A DNA stretch of 61,648 nucleotides, the filler included, from Stramenopiles sp. TOSAG23-3 (Eukaryota), in the NCBI GenBank assembly GCA_900128585.1. It is 10 parts of 10 records of this genome, joined end to end, with 100 filler letters (N's around TTAATTAATTAA, not from the genome) between each part and the next. Parts side by side here need not be neighbours in the genome. Positions count along the whole stretch, not along the records: positions 18,618 to 24,717 come from LT643385.1; positions 24,818 to 30,910 come from LT643386.1; positions 31,011 to 37,097 come from LT643387.1; 7 more parts are not named here. The stretch is one strand, 5' to 3'. The notes below the pieces were generated by a model. It saw only the letters and a list, made by a program, of their open reading frames with translations, ran no database searches and was not told the DNA's origin. A program made the translations under genes and the position numbers. Every line of letters begins with the position of its first letter. Positions within the stretch are counted from its first letter, which is position 1. Below are positions 21,238 to 31,012 of this stretch, piece by piece.

Positions 21238-22635
21238 ATGAAGACCTCTGTGATAGCGCTCGCTGTAATACTCGTCGGGGCTACCAATGCCCAGAGCACT
21301 GGTCCTACGGCGGAGTTACGGAAACTTCAAGCCTGGTGCCCATTGGACCACCGCCTGACTGGTCTCAATTTGGGCTACTGCAACGAAGACAAGAACGAAA
21401 CCGAAGCCGGGGATTTGTTGGAAGCAAGTGAGCACCACGCGGCTAAGCTCTTGTTTGGCGGGCCGGCGAAAGATGCAAAGTGTGGCTTGTGCTCGTTTCT
21501 AAACCATGAGAACAAGTGCGGCTTGACGTCCAAGGGGCTCCCACTCCCATTCGAAATGGCGATGAAGAAGGACGAGTTCGCCTCTATGCGCCGCTGGTGC
21601 CTTCTTGGAAAGGCCAATATGGATGTATGCGTAAACTTTGGATCGGAAGGTGCTGGGAAAGCCGCCCGCTCGCAAATGTGCAAAGACTTGAAAGAGAACA
21701 AGTTCAAACTTGACGGCCTCCGTGCGCTGGAATTTACCGCCGGGGAGGGCGAGTCCATCGCGGATATTGTTAGTGCTCTTGGGCAACAGAAAACGTACTC
21801 ATTTCTTGGCCTTGGGGGCTGCCTCCGCCTTCTTGAGAAAAACACCGTACTCCGACACGTGTTTAAAAAATTGCGGCCAGACGCTTGCGCTGTGATCTGT
21901 GTCCGAGCGCTCGACTCCCCCGACACGCCGGTCATGGAAATTGCCGCCGAAGTATACAAAGGATTTGTATCTGCCGGGAAAAAAGTCTTGGCTCACCACC
22001 GGAGTGAGTACAACAAGACCAATATCGGCCAAGTCCTGAACAACGAGAAAATTCTGTTGAACGCGTTGATGGGCCGCCAAAAGGTCTATGCTTCCAACCT
22101 GACGTCCGCACGCCGGTCGGAAATGGCCAAAGCCGCCCGTGTCTCCGAACTTGCTGCCAACGAAACGGCGTTGCGCGCGGGCATGGAGAAATACATACGC
22201 AAAGCGGAGGAGTACCACAAGCGCCGCGCAGAATTCGTAATAGTACACGGGGGAAAGGTAAAGCTACCCGCACGAGGAGACAAAGACCTGGCGCACATGG
22301 AAATCGTCAAAATGGAGAACGGCACGGGCATCGAAGAATTGGCGAAGAAAGTAGAACACAAAGTAATGAACGCTACCGAAGCACTCAAAGCTTTAGTTCA
22401 CGAGGAACCCAAAGTAGTTAACCAAACGGAGCTTGCGCTGGCACGCCTACGCGCGGAAATGAATAGAAAATTCTCAGAAGAAAAGGCAAAACTTCGGGAG
22501 AAATTGACGAAAGAGAAGGACACCGCCGTCCTTGACGCAAACGTCAAATTAGCAAAATATGAAGACTCGTACAGCGCGGAAATTGACAAAGCGAAGGATT
22601 GGTCCCCAAGCACTACCATGTTGAAAAGCCAGTAA
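21238..22635 (+). CDS. Secreted orphan protein with Cys-rich N-terminal half and coiled-coil C-terminal half
   Basis: ATG at 21238 gives signal peptide MKTSVIALAVILVGATNA; about 11 Cys in the N-terminal half; E/K/A-rich tail. Confidence 0.75.
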   Translation: MKTSVIALAVILVGATNAQSTGPTAELRKLQAWCPLDHRLTGLNLGYCNEDKNETEAGDLLEASEHHAAKLLFGGPAKDAKCGLCSFLNHENKCGLTSKGLPLPFEMAMKKDEFASMRRWCLLGKANMDVCVNFGSEGAGKAARSQMCKDLKENKFKLDGLRALEFTAGEGESIADIVSALGQQKTYSFLGLGGCLRLLEKNTVLRHVFKKLRPDACAVICVRALDSPDTPVMEIAAEVYKGFVSAGKKVLAHHRSEYNKTNIGQVLNNEKILLNALMGRQKVYASNLTSARRSEMAKAARVSELAANETALRAGMEKYIRKAEEYHKRRAEFVIVHGGKVKLPARGDKDLAHMEIVKMENGTGIEELAKKVEHKVMNATEALKALVHEEPKVVNQTELALARLRAEMNRKFSEEKAKLREKLTKEKDTAVLDANVKLAKYEDSYSAEIDKAKDWSPSTTMLKSQ

Positions 22636-23277
22636 ACATTTTAATAGTTTTTATTTATTAATAATGTATTGATTGTTCTACGTTATGATCGTACACGTGT
22701 TCGTTGAGCGTAAGGCCTCTCTCTCTCTTAAATAAAAACAATTTGTTGGTCTTTCGAATCGTTCGTTTCCTTTCTTCTCAAGTTGACGTCGCATTGATCC
22801 CCCCCCCCGTCGTCATTTTTACCTATTAACACCTATTTAGTTGGGGGACTTTAAGTGATATGAATTTTAGCATTTGCAAAATTAGATCAGTTCTACAATT
22901 GGGATAATCTTGAGAGTCTTAAAACATACTATATCATTAGTTTTTTTTTTTACATGCGGACATCCTCCTGTTTTGGTACGTGGAAATAGTAACGTTGCTG
23001 TGGCAATAGTAATCATCCCGAAGAAGTGGTGCAAAGAGCACGAGGGAGAAAAGGCAAGGCGACAGATGGTGTTGGTTCGCTCGTTGGTTGGGAAAACCTA
23101 GAACCACCAAGGGCGGGATCGGGGGAGCATACACTTTCTGCTGTCCTGGATCTTCTTATATCATATATTATATTGTGTTATTTTTTACGTTAAGAATTTT
23201 GTAAAATTTAGAACTCCTCCTCCCTCGCGCTCGTTTCGGGACGGCGTGCCGGTGGCCCTCCTCCCTCCGCGTCAACT

Positions 23278-24381
23278 TCAACGACTCCAAAACTCAACAC
23301 CTGAAACACCCCACGACCCATCGGTGACAGTGTTTTCATCTACAGGAACAGACATGGTGGAGCCAAAGACAAGCTTTATTTCTACTTCGCCTGCTGGACT
23401 AGCTTTATTTCGGCCGGCCAAAGGCACGACGACGTCAATGTTGTTAGAAAATTTAAATTCGCCTACTTTGTCGTTCCCGCAAACGTCTAGAAGCGAGACG
23501 ACGGGGTCATCCGACGGTTTGTTCGGGGCCGTCTCATACTGCTGGGTCCAGACGGGGGACGGGTCGCTCCACTTGGCGGCCTCGCCTTTCCCATCCGGCT
23601 GGCTAACTTTCAGAAACCCGGACTGCCCGAGCCACATGTCGATGAAATGAAAGCGACTAGTGATGCGTACTTCGGAGGCGCCGGCCCCAACGTTGACTTT
23701 AAACGTTTTGGCGGCGTATCCGGCTTGGTTAAAATTGTTGTAACCTCCTAACATGCTCATCCCCCCGCAATTGCTGACGGAAATCAGGATAGCGTTCTTC
23801 CCGACGATGGCGGGAACGGCCTTCCACCCCTCGGCCCCTGGGACGTTTTGCGTCGTCGGGTCGGTGGCGTAATCTTCTTTCTTTACTATTTGCCACTGCG
23901 CTACGTTGTTGACCTGCACCTGTTCGTCCGCTTCTACAGTGACAGCCTCCAAGTTCTTGCTACTCAAGGTAACGTCGCCGTCCGCGGTGACCGTGACAAG
24001 GTCGGCGTTCTTCCCGTCGCTCTTTTGGATGGCAAACCGCGAGGGGGTGCCGGTGATGCCCATTTTATACCCAATCTTCCCCGTCAGCACTTTCAACATG
24101 GCCGACTGGCCAGCTTCGCCTTGGACCACAATACCCCCGCGTTTCATGGAGGCACCCGTCTTCGGCTTGGGCGCCGACTTGACGGCGGGCTCTACGGTTT
24201 CGCCCATTTCCATGAAGCAGAACCCGGAGGAAGCCTTTTCGTCGTACGAAAAATAGCACGACTCGCCAGAGTGCATGTCGCAGTCGCTGTGGGCTTGGCA
24301 TGGCGTTTCCACGGCAAGGCCCGACGAGGCCGTACAAAGGACTGCGGCCGCGGCCATTACGGAATATGCCATAACCTTCAT
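23278..24381 (-). CDS. Secreted protein with small Cys-rich N-terminal module and a CGG..LGG / FHFID.W.G / VCG / SWG.S beta-sandwich-like domain
   Basis: Signal peptide; CQAHSDC....ESC.....GFC; SNCGGMSMLGGY, RFHFIDMWLGQ, DVCGN, GSWGVSGV. Confidence 0.75.
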   Translation of the reverse strand: MKVMAYSVMAAAAVLCTASSGLAVETPCQAHSDCDMHSGESCYFSYDEKASSGFCFMEMGETVEPAVKSAPKPKTGASMKRGGIVVQGEAGQSAMLKVLTGKIGYKMGITGTPSRFAIQKSDGKNADLVTVTADGDVTLSSKNLEAVTVEADEQVQVNNVAQWQIVKKEDYATDPTTQNVPGAEGWKAVPAIVGKNAILISVSNCGGMSMLGGYNNFNQAGYAAKTFKVNVGAGASEVRITSRFHFIDMWLGQSGFLKVSQPDGKGEAAKWSDPSPVWTQQYETAPNKPSDDPVVSLLDVCGNDKVGEFKFSNNIDVVVPLAGRNKASPAGEVEIKLVFGSTMSVPVDENTVTDGSWGVSGVEFWSR

Positions 24382-25042
24382 GGTACTCGAATGTTTTGAA
24401 AGAAACAGCTACAACTATCCAAAACAAATGGTAACGATGGTGGTACGATCGTATTTCGTTTCGCGTGTGCTACTAACGAATTGGGTGACTTAGAGACTAG
24501 AGGAAGTAACGTTTGATCGTCAAAAGCCTATCCTTTCTACTTTCGTTTTCTTCTTTCTTTCTCTCCCCCTTTTTCCTTGAAAAATTTCTTTCATCGTAAA
24601 ATAAAAGGTCAACTTAACTACTACTTCCTTGTATATATACAGGTTGTAAATTACCTATCTAATGGGACGATTCTTTCTAATTTCTTTCAACTAATTAACG
24701 ACTTCATACGATACAGTNNNNNNNNNNNNNNNNNNNNNNNNNNNNNNNNNNNNNNNNNNNNTTAATTAATTAANNNNNNNNNNNNNNNNNNNNNNNNNNN
24801 NNNNNNNNNNNNNNNNNCTCGGGATCGGGGGGCGCCGCCTGTAACAACAACAAGCTTAGTCGACGGTTACCACGTACGAGGTACTGGGTGCAGGCTAACG
24901 ACTCTTTTTTTAAAAAATTTGTGGGCCACGAGAAACGCGTGCACTTCTTCGCAGAACGCCGAGGATCTTTTCACTTTAAAGTTATATTCTTCGGTGGATA
25001 AACTACTCATTCGATATATTATTCCAGAGTAGGGTACACCTA

Positions 25043-25271
25043 ATTGGCTGTTATTTAAGTAATTAAAATTAAGATAATGTACTGCGAACTGAAAACGTTT
25101 TTATTTAAAACAAGAAAATTGGCTGTTATGTAAGCCACGAACACTCTAACAAAACTCTACGATTTGTCTTCCTCATGTAGCCGCGAAAATGACTCTGCTC
25201 CTTTTGTCCATTCTAAATCAAAAAAAAAATTACATCTTGCCGTTCTTATCAATAATATACCTTTGTCACTT
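25043..25271 (+). repeat. Fragmented copy of the dispersed intergenic repeat family
   Basis: ATTGGCTGTTATTTAAGTAATTAAAATTAAGATAATGTACTGCGAACTGAAA (about 25043-25094), AAAACAAGAAAATTGGCTGTTAT (25107-25129), ATATACCTTTGTCACTT (about 25255-25271). Confidence 0.7.
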
Positions 25272-25364
25272 TCGCGAAGTGCGTGCGCGCATGTGTGTGC
25301 ACACTTTAACGCGTTTAAGAGGGAACCCCCAGTCTGCCGTCCTTCGCGCACGCAAAGGCCTTTC

Positions 25365-28300
25365 TTAGGAACGCGCAATTCGGCTCAATGCCCATGCCTT
25401 TTTGCTTGCTGGGGCGGTGGCTGCCACCACGGCACCCTGCTTGGACTGGGGGATCCCTGGGCTCCACTTGATTATATGTACACAATGCAGCGCCCTGTCT
25501 ACGACAAAAAAACGCTCTTCGTCAAACACGACCGTGCTGGCGTCGGACCCCTCGTGCGAACCGTTCGATTTCTTCGTCTTGGTGTCCATGGGGGTGGTCA
25601 TACACGCAATGGCCACCGGTTCCAACATGCAGCATATTCCATGGCCCCTAGTTCCCCACACGCACAAACACTCCAAATGATACGTTGGGATCCGTTGCCG
25701 AAGCTTGCCATCCCTTTGCTTCACGTACTTCCACCGCTCCCAGGCCGGCACGTTTCGCGCATCCTTCAGGGGGTACGGACCATTGTCTACAACACGGGAA
25801 AATATCTTGATGCAGCTATGCCCAGTGTCGGCGACCACGTAATGGTCGTACGCGTCCACGGACACGTCGGATGGGTTTAGCAGCGACATCCCTTTTTCGT
25901 GGCTTTCATGAGGCGGGTACACGATGTCCACCACCCAGTCCCCTTGGCCCAGCATATCGAGCGTTTGCCGAGAATTGTTTTCGCGAACAAAGGCGTCATC
26001 TTTTGGAAGGGGCAAGAACACGAGGCCCTGGACCCGGTTGTTCTTCGAGTCGGCAACAAGTAGCCTGCCGAAAGAATCGAACACCATGCCCTTGGGGCCC
26101 CGATACTTTCCTGCCTCTACCCCACTAGATCCCACAGTATATAAATACGACCCATAGTGCGATTCGTGGAGCTGATCAGACTTCAAGTCGACGTGGTTGT
26201 TGAAAAAGTGCAAGCAGTCTTGCCGGGCGTCGCCGACCACCAACACGTCCGTGGTGTCGTCCTGGAACGTAGCGATGCCCCACGGCTCTTTGAACAACGG
26301 GTGGTACGAGGGAGACACGTCTTTCAGCTTTGACCTTGGCAGCATCCTGGAGTGTTGTTCGCCATCAGAGGTCTGAAACACAAACACGTACATTCCGACC
26401 TCCCTATCTATGCATAGCACGGTCCCTTTCGTCCACGTTGCATCTCCCCGGACCAGCTTGACCTTGCCAAACATCTCTCTCCCAATCAGGGACTCCAGGG
26501 GCACCAAGGACGGCCTGGCGCCAGGCACCGTTCTTGCTGCGTGGGGAAGGAAGAAAAACTGTAAGCTCTCCTTCGGGTTGCTTGCGTTTACTGATTGCGG
26601 GCAATATTGGGAGTCTTTGAAGCGGTTCCCCAAATAGAGCAAGAACTTTACGCCCGCTAAATCCACAAAATTCTGGAAGTTCTCGCTGTCCAAATAGTAG
26701 TCCACCAAACCGTTCAAGGCTTCGTCCGAGGAGTTTTGCAGGTCTGAGCTCTTCAGGGCCTCCACTTTGCCAACGATGTCTTCCATGGCATCGATGTGCA
26801 CGTGGGTATAACACTTTTCGTTCAGGTGAGCCTTGAACTTGCCTTGCTCGCTTTGCAGAATGTTCAAGACACGGAGGCAGACTCGGAGATCCTCAATTTT
26901 CCGAAAACTTCTCAATTCGTTTTTCACCCACGTTGCTCCCCTTTCCATCCCCATGATTACAACCTTGCTCACTTTTAGCACCTCGGCTTTAACCCTGGTG
27001 GCAATGCGGGAGAGTTCGTCCTCCACCCGTTTTCTATGGCTCGCAAGGCTGTGCTTAATCTTCGCTTCGGCCAATACAGAAGCCTTGTAATTGGCGTCAA
27101 AATCTCCCTTGCGACGTTCTTTTTCAACAAGCTTCTTTATTCCGTTTTCGTCCACCCCAGCGGCGAGCGACGTTGCCGCAAGCTTCGCAATTCGCTTCTC
27201 TTCCTTCCGTTCGATCTGGTCTCGAAAGTCCGCGTACTCCTCGAAGGTTGCGAAACGTATTTCTTCTTTTGTTTTTGCGTTTCTCACCACCAGCGTGGGG
27301 GGTTGAAAACTGTTCCATTCCTGCCATAGCTTGTTCAAACGGTCTTCTTCGTTTTTCTGGAAGACCTTCGTGGACCGTAACCTTTTACTCAACGCCTCTT
27401 CGACCTCGAACTTCTCTACAGAACCCCCTGCGGTGTCCCAACTGCACTTAAACACTGCGTACTTGGTTCCGTGAATCATTTCGGTGTAGCAATCGACCAA
27501 CACGTCCATCGCCTGGCCGGGAAGCTGCAGGGATATCTCGGTTTGATCTTGCGTGGAAGGTGGGGTCACCACTACTTCGTCATCGGTTTTGTTCGTCGTC
27601 TCGGCGGCCGGGCCGTTTGCAATCTCGCCAAGTACTGCCCAGCACAATGCCGGGGGAACATCCTTCGCAACATATATAGCTTCGAAGCCCCTGTGTCCCA
27701 TGTCGCTCTGGTCCTTACGAATGCACATGTGCTCCCTCTTCACCAAAGAAAACGAACTAGGGGTGCGCCAAAACGACAACAGCATGTCTCTAGAAAAGTA
27801 GTGCGACAGTGTCATCACTTTCGACTCCAAATTTAAGAAGTATGTCTCGCTTTCATTGTTAAACCGAGAAAAGTCCGTTTCTACGCCTTTGTGCGCATAG
27901 TACTTCAAATTTGTGGTGAGGGATGTTTCCAACTTCAGAGGTCGCGAAAATCTTGGGAACGACCAAGCTATACCTTTTTCGAGGTGTCCATCTTGCATCA
28001 TTGCAGTCATTGAAAAAAAATCCTCCATCGGCACCTTCGGGTTTGTGTTTCCGTCGGAATCCGAGAACAAAAGCGATGAGCCGGTCGGGTTCCGCAGGGG
28101 CATGTTTTCATCGTCGACGAACATGGATACTTGCCCCTCCGCTATTCCCCGCACATTGGTGTTGTTGTCTATGTACTCTGACGGTTCTCGGAACCTTTCC
28201 GAATACGCAAACGCCTGTAAGCGTGGCGACCCGAGGCGACTGTTGTTGTTGTCTGTTACGTACAGGGTCCCGAAACGGTCGAATTCCACGTTCTGCGGGG

Positions 28301-29267
28301 TCGTGAACTGTCCCAGATGGTACCCTTTTGTATCTTCCAACTCGGAGACGCGCTTATCCCAGGCCTTCATAATGTGATAGTGTTTTTCATCCCGCACAGC
28401 CTTGATCAATTTGTCCGGCGCATTAAGGCGTGTTTCTACGCTCAGCTTGCTCTCACTAATGCGGTAGTTACGTATGGCGCATACCTCCTCCGGGACTTTT
28501 GGCCGCGTGGTACCGACGAGTTTGTCGAAAATTATTTTTTCCTGAAAGCCCCCTTTTTCTTCGAGGGTCTGCGGAAAGTAAGGGACGCACTGTACATCCC
28601 ATAGCTGCACCCGGTTGTTGCCAGAGTCGCTGATCGCTAGTTTGCATATATATCCCGGCGGCACGTTGTGTAGATTGGCGTACATGTCGTTGACATTGTA
28701 CACTGCTATTCCGGATGGCCGAAACAACTCTTGTCGGCCTTTTCCCCGTTTGCCAATCCGTTCGAAGGAGAAGCCAGCATTCGGCTGTACGGTTGGGTTG
28801 AAACCAGGTAAGATGTATTTTACGCTCTTGGCCGGTTCTACCCCTAAGTGCTCTTTGCAGTCGCTCAGCCTGTCGGCTGGAAACCCCCACGGGAATTTGG
28901 GAATTTTTGTCTTTGTGCTTACAGCGGCGTACCACAACTCATTTTTCATCTTTTTTTCTTCCTGGGAAAGACTCTTGCACATGTGCGTTTGTTGCACCTT
29001 CCGAAAGGCTGCGTAGTCGGACACTTTCAAAAACTTTTTCACCTCGCCGTATTTCTTTGCCCTAAACTTTAAATCGTTTGTGTCAGAACATGCATTTATG
29101 TACGCATCAAAAAATATGTCTGAAATTACTGTCGTGGGCATAGAAATGCGATATCGAATGGACGTTAAAGACAGAATTGTAGACAAAATATTTTTTCTTC
29201 GCAACGTCGACCAGTCTCCCAGAAACCGGTACCCATTATCCTCAACGGTTTGACTTAAGTCTGTCAT
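25365..29267 (-). CDS. Large NHL-repeat (beta-propeller) protein with long central insertion
   Basis: NHL motifs FRPSGIAV, ISDSGNNRVQ, GQFTTPQNVEFD..G.LYVTD, FKEPWGIA, GKYRGPKGMVFDSFGRLLVADSKNNRVQ, LNPSDVSVD....VVADTGHSCIKIF. First in-frame ATG at 29267. Confidence 0.82.
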   Translation of the reverse strand: MTDLSQTVEDNGYRFLGDWSTLRRKNILSTILSLTSIRYRISMPTTVISDIFFDAYINACSDTNDLKFRAKKYGEVKKFLKVSDYAAFRKVQQTHMCKSLSQEEKKMKNELWYAAVSTKTKIPKFPWGFPADRLSDCKEHLGVEPAKSVKYILPGFNPTVQPNAGFSFERIGKRGKGRQELFRPSGIAVYNVNDMYANLHNVPPGYICKLAISDSGNNRVQLWDVQCVPYFPQTLEEKGGFQEKIIFDKLVGTTRPKVPEEVCAIRNYRISESKLSVETRLNAPDKLIKAVRDEKHYHIMKAWDKRVSELEDTKGYHLGQFTTPQNVEFDRFGTLYVTDNNNSRLGSPRLQAFAYSERFREPSEYIDNNTNVRGIAEGQVSMFVDDENMPLRNPTGSSLLFSDSDGNTNPKVPMEDFFSMTAMMQDGHLEKGIAWSFPRFSRPLKLETSLTTNLKYYAHKGVETDFSRFNNESETYFLNLESKVMTLSHYFSRDMLLSFWRTPSSFSLVKREHMCIRKDQSDMGHRGFEAIYVAKDVPPALCWAVLGEIANGPAAETTNKTDDEVVVTPPSTQDQTEISLQLPGQAMDVLVDCYTEMIHGTKYAVFKCSWDTAGGSVEKFEVEEALSKRLRSTKVFQKNEEDRLNKLWQEWNSFQPPTLVVRNAKTKEEIRFATFEEYADFRDQIERKEEKRIAKLAATSLAAGVDENGIKKLVEKERRKGDFDANYKASVLAEAKIKHSLASHRKRVEDELSRIATRVKAEVLKVSKVVIMGMERGATWVKNELRSFRKIEDLRVCLRVLNILQSEQGKFKAHLNEKCYTHVHIDAMEDIVGKVEALKSSDLQNSSDEALNGLVDYYLDSENFQNFVDLAGVKFLLYLGNRFKDSQYCPQSVNASNPKESLQFFFLPHAARTVPGARPSLVPLESLIGREMFGKVKLVRGDATWTKGTVLCIDREVGMYVFVFQTSDGEQHSRMLPRSKLKDVSPSYHPLFKEPWGIATFQDDTTDVLVVGDARQDCLHFFNNHVDLKSDQLHESHYGSYLYTVGSSGVEAGKYRGPKGMVFDSFGRLLVADSKNNRVQGLVFLPLPKDDAFVRENNSRQTLDMLGQGDWVVDIVYPPHESHEKGMSLLNPSDVSVDAYDHYVVADTGHSCIKIFSRVVDNGPYPLKDARNVPAWERWKYVKQRDGKLRQRIPTYHLECLCVWGTRGHGICCMLEPVAIACMTTPMDTKTKKSNGSHEGSDASTVVFDEERFFVVDRALHCVHIIKWSPGIPQSKQGAVVAATAPASKKAWALSRIARS

Positions 29268-31012
29268 GTCTCTTCTAAACCATGTGACAGCACACGAACC
29301 GGGATACAATCTGCAAAACTTTTCTTATCGCCGTTTTAGTTTTAGTAAACAGTTCGAACCCTCGACAATACCTTCTGAAAATCTATTGCCGCAGAAAGAA
29401 GAAACCGCACAGAATGAATAGAAACAACAATGCCTTTGCAATGGATATTTAATATTATAATTGGCCACCACACACCACTACCGTTAGTTGGTTGCCGCGA
29501 CGATAGATATTATGTCTTTCTTCTTCATCAAAATCTCTTCTCTCTTTCTTTCTTCTTCTTTCGTCGTTCGTTCTCTCTTTCTTTCATTCAGTTTTTTTTA
29601 TTATTATTATCTTTATGGGATATTGTGATGACATTATAATAATACGTAGTACCCGTAGTAGGTCTATAAAATATTACAATATAATATAATAATAATAGGT
29701 TTGATTACATTATAGTTATGCTAGTTGTTGGGTTCGACGTTCGACGATGATGGATGCAAAAGAAAGAAGAGGTAAAATAGATTCCAATTATATAGTTCTT
29801 TTCATAATTTAACATCATTTAATCACCTACCTCTCTCTCTCTCCGGCATTCGCACTCCTTTCCTCTTTCCTCTCTTCCCGTTGCTTGCGTTGGCACTCCG
29901 CGGCGGTGGTTTCAGAATTTACTCATGAGCCAGACTAAGTAAGGCCTTTCGCGTGTTCTACCTGCTTGCTTCAAGGTGAGTAATTGATTATAATAAGGAA
30001 AATATAAAAACTATGATTCCATTTCAGAAATCAATATTTTTAAAACACTCATGATTTGATTGTAATGTTTACACGTTCGAATCCAAAGGTTGTTTTCTAT
30101 CCTTATTTTTCTATTATTGGGTTTCAAAATCAAAATCCATTTTTTTTTCCTATTTTAATTATTATACCATCATACTTCTATTATACAGCTTCACGCAACT
30201 CCGTACGGTATTATACCCCCGTACGGTACGATGGTTCGATAGGCGTCTGGAATAAAAGAAACCAAATTAAAGAAGGAAGGGGGGGTAACGCGGCACTATG
30301 GTGGCTGTTGGATGGTGCAGTTCAAAATGATAAAGGGAATCCGTATTTGATCGGAAATGTGTATTATTAAGGCAATTTACTATATTATTAATTGTTTCAA
30401 AATAGTATACTAATAAAAAACAATAACTATAATTTTGTAGTTTTGTTCTTTCACTTTGTTTTTATTATTTCTTTGTTTGATAGAAACAAATGTCCTCTGA
30501 TTCCTCTTAATACTTAAATTGTTGCATTTCTTTGCTAGTTAGAATAAAAATAATGCGGAATAATGAATGAATGAATGAATAAAATGAAGAAAGAAGAAAG
30601 AAGAAAGAAGAAAAAAGAAGTTCTTCTTTCTGATTAGACTATTATACTGTATTCATCCATCTTCTATCTATCTCTATATCTCTATTATCTGGGTGGACGA
30701 CTGCTGGGGTTGCAGCTTCTTTAATTATTATTTATTATTTAATAATAAAAAAATAATACAAAATAAGATTATATATATTTATTACTTACCAAGTTTTAAT
30801 AAAAATAGCTTGCTGTGAAGGGAGTCGTTTTTTGCTTTGTCGATATTGAAGAGAAAAGAAGGGTTCGTTTTGGGTCCAAATCACGGAAGTGGAAGAAGTA
30901 GAAATATCTTNNNNNNNNNNNNNNNNNNNNNNNNNNNNNNNNNNNNNNNNNNNNTTAATTAATTAANNNNNNNNNNNNNNNNNNNNNNNNNNNNNNNNNN
31001 NNNNNNNNNNGG

